Source: Squalus acanthias (taxonomy: Eukaryota). From it: DNA of 64,000 nt. Positions within the stretch are counted from its first letter, which is position 1. Every line of letters begins with the position of its first letter. The position numbers and the translations under genes are program-made. Below the pieces are notes generated by a model, which saw only the letters and a program-made list of their open reading frames with translations, was not told the origin of the DNA and did no database searches. The stretch lies in NCBI GenBank assembly GCA_030390025.1, contig JASTWF010000342.1:186001-250000 (forward strand). The letters run 5' to 3'. Positions 61,668 to 64,000 of the stretch are shown one piece after another.

Positions 61668-64000
61668 TGCTGACGAAGGAGCAGCAGCAGCAGCAGAGTG
61701 GTGGTCTCTGTGAGCAGGAAGAGGAGAAGGAGACCAGACAGCAGACCACCACCAACAACCAACAACCACTACAGCTGAGGTGCCTGGAGAGAGAGGACAG
61801 GAGAGGAGAAAGAAAAGAAAGGAAGGCCAAGGCCATCAACACCAGAGGAGAGGCCTTTCCAACACTGCCTCCTCAATTGGCCTCCATTTTAGGAGAGGGA
61901 GAGAGGGGAGAAAACATCACCAACAAACATCAACTGTTTGGAAGGAGGGAGGAAGGAAAGAATATCAGCTACAGGTGGGTGTAATTCTGGTGCACTCTCC
62001 CAGAGACTTTGTTTTGTAGGTGGGGGGAGGAAAGAAGAAAAGAAGAGGGCCGGAACATCCAAGGGGTGTGTGTGTGGCTTCTGTAAAAACTAGGCCGCAC
62101 ACACCACTAATAAACACCCCTTCCCATTGCCTGACCTGGGACAGCTGGAGCTGCCTAGGTGAAGTCCCCAATTCAACAAACATCTAATTGGGCATCGTTA
62201 AGACCTGGTGCAGGACTGAGCCTGGGCATCTCCAGCTTTCCCAGGTGAAGACATCTTCTCCCCCCACCAGAAGACCACCACCAAAGACTTTTATTTACAT
62301 CGGAGAGTGCACCCCCTGCCAACACCCACCCACCCACCCACCATCCTGAGTGGCGACCCTGCCCTTGCGGCTTCCCTCCTTCCCACCCCCCCCTCTCTCT
62401 CTCTTTGTCTCTTGTCTCTCTCTGCCTCTCTCTCTAAGAGGCACCTCAATCTATTTTTAAGTACCTATTGAGCAGAGGGGAGAAGGCCCCTCTCCTAATT
62501 CAATCAACTAAAGGGAGAGGTGTGCCTTCAATTTAAGAGCTCCCTCTGCTCAGGGGAAAACAAGAACAAAAAAAAACCGAGGCCATTAACACCTTCAGGC
62601 CTGTGACTTGGGGTGAGTGTAGCCCTTAAAGAACCCTCCATTATGGCGAGTACATCTTCGTCGGTGGCGGGGGCAGCGAGGACGTATGCGAGCGTGGCAG
62701 CCGCGGCCACGGCCGCAGCCACGAGTCCTCCTGTTACCCCGTCACCTTTTACCCTCCTTACGAGGAAGAATGGGGTCAAGAGCTACACTCACCCCAACAT
62801 GACGATAGAGGCGTGCGTTAAAGCCATGGCTGGGGTTGTCGGCCCTTCAGCCATCGTCGCCGCCTCTAAAATGTATGGCAAGGCTGTGTTCTTCCTGGGG
62901 TCGGAGCGGGCGGTGTCCCTGGCCATCGAGAAGGGGCTCACCGTGGGCGGGACCTTCCTGCCGGTGGACCCCCTTGAGGCCACCGCGCAAAGGATTGTGG
63001 TTTCCAACGTCCCGCCCTTTGTTCCGGGTGAGCTCCTCCTCCCCCACCTACGTCAACTGGGGGAGGTGAGGTCGGGGATCACACCCATCCCGCTCGGCTT
63101 CCGGGAAGCCAGCCTTCGGCACGTCTTCTCCTTCCGGCGCCAGCTTTTCGTCCGGCTGGCGCGGGAGGAGGACGCGGATGGCGCGTTCACGGTGCTCCAC
63201 GGGGGGACCGCCCACCGCGTCTTCTGGACCTCGGACGGCGTGCGGTGCTACGCCTGTAAGGAGGTGGGGCACGTCCGCAAAAACTGCCCCGCCTCCAAGG
63301 CCGCCACGACACCTGGCGCGGCCAGGGTTGGCGCCGCCGCCCCCCCTCCCCCTGATACTGTCCGCGCGTCGACGGCGACGGATGCGCGGTCGAAATCGGA
63401 GGCCAACTCCACCACGGCCTCCGGCGGGGAGGAGGGAGAGCGTCCGGGGGGAAGGAAGGCGCGTAGGAAAAATAAACACATAAGGGCGGATCCCCTCGCG
63501 GAGGAAACATCTGAATTGGCCGAACTCACGCCCGAGTACATCGCGGAGTTGGTCGGGACGCATGAGACTGGGGGGGTCCTCGTGCCCGGGCCCGTGACCA
63601 TGACCGCAACTGCTGAGGCAGCTGAATCAAGACCTGCGGCCGGGCTCGGGCCCGAGGGGCCCAAGAAACCCAGTCGTCGGAAAGGGGCAGAGAGGGAGGC
63701 CCCAGCAGACATGGAGGCCTCCCCCTCTCCGGGCCCCAATACGTTAAAAAGAAAGCTCCGCCCCCAGCAGGAGGACTGCGAGGAGGAAGGTCCCTCCGCA
63801 AAAGGGGGGCAGTCGCCCGCCGCGGGTGCTGCGCCCCACCCCACCACCGTCATCGTCGCGCGCGATCGGCAGGGGTCGTCTGTCCCTCGGGAGGGTGAGA
63901 CAGCCGAGTCTGTCCGACCTGTGCCTCCCGGGGATGGGGAAGAGACCCTGCCCGTGGGGGGGGGCGCGGAACAACCCGCGGAGGGAAATGTAGAACCTGA
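61668..64000 (+). mobile_element. Tx1 copy 2 (head-to-tail, runs off window)
   Basis: Offset of 7163 from copy 1 throughout. Confidence 0.95.
62643..64000 (+). CDS. Tx1 ORF1, copy 2, partial
   Basis: Open to the window end; about 14 substitutions versus copy 1. Confidence 0.85.
   Translation, partial: MASTSSSVAGAARTYASVAAAATAAATSPPVTPSPFTLLTRKNGVKSYTHPNMTIEACVKAMAGVVGPSAIVAASKMYGKAVFFLGSERAVSLAIEKGLTVGGTFLPVDPLEATAQRIVVSNVPPFVPGELLLPHLRQLGEVRSGITPIPLGFREASLRHVFSFRRQLFVRLAREEDADGAFTVLHGGTAHRVFWTSDGVRCYACKEVGHVRKNCPASKAATTPGAARVGAAAPPPPDTVRASTATDARSKSEANSTTASGGEEGERPGGRKARRKNKHIRADPLAEETSELAELTPEYIAELVGTHETGGVLVPGPVTMTATAEAAESRPAAGLGPEGPKKPSRRKGAEREAPADMEASPSPGPNTLKRKLRPQQEDCEEEGPSAKGGQSPAAGAAPHPTTVIVARDRQGSSVPREGETAESVRPVPPGDGEETLPVGGGAEQPAEGNVEP

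Noticed and set aside
55365..63974. Many long antisense and alternate-frame ORFs over Tx1 and CR1
   Set aside because: These are shadows of GC-rich coding sequence with no motifs.
54452..64000. Reading the 2.4-kb direct repeat as LTRs or an assembly duplication
   Set aside because: The repeat includes ORF1, the enzyme is APE-RT without integrase, and the copies differ at synonymous sites. Read support is still needed.
1..64000. CRISPR arrays, rRNA genes or prokaryotic operons
   Set aside because: No regularly spaced repeats or rRNA-like sequence; the content is vertebrate repeat DNA.

Overview
Eukaryotic DNA, almost certainly from a cartilaginous fish (shark). It carries HE1/V-SINE, a Deu-type SINE and HER1/CR1 LINEs ending in (TTCTATGT)n. 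No host protein-coding gene could be supported, and most of the window is nested mobile elements. These comprise two near full-length CR1 LINEs (esterase ORF1, APE-RT ORF2) in opposite orientations, many PIF/Harbinger elements and relics (DDE transposase plus spliced Myb/SANT gene), and a decayed hAT transposon inside a tRNA-headed LINE. There is also a fold-back Penelope-like element (PLE) with GIY-YIG endonuclease and minimal hammerhead ribozymes (HHR). At the right end is a head-to-tail array of young Tx1-clade LINEs (period 7163 bp). Best candidate for an undescribed system: both Tx1 copies sit at the same nucleotide of a PLE terminal repeat, inside the hammerhead motif. Each is preceded by the same 53-57 bp target segment and starts with an inverted 16-nt piece of the target. 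The two copies differ mainly at synonymous sites, suggesting repeated site-specific integration into a ribozyme of another retroelement. Second candidate: a protein-coding LINE with a tRNA-type Pol III promoter and no TTTT run in about 3.3 kb of sense strand. All alignments were done by eye, and novelty was not checked against databases.
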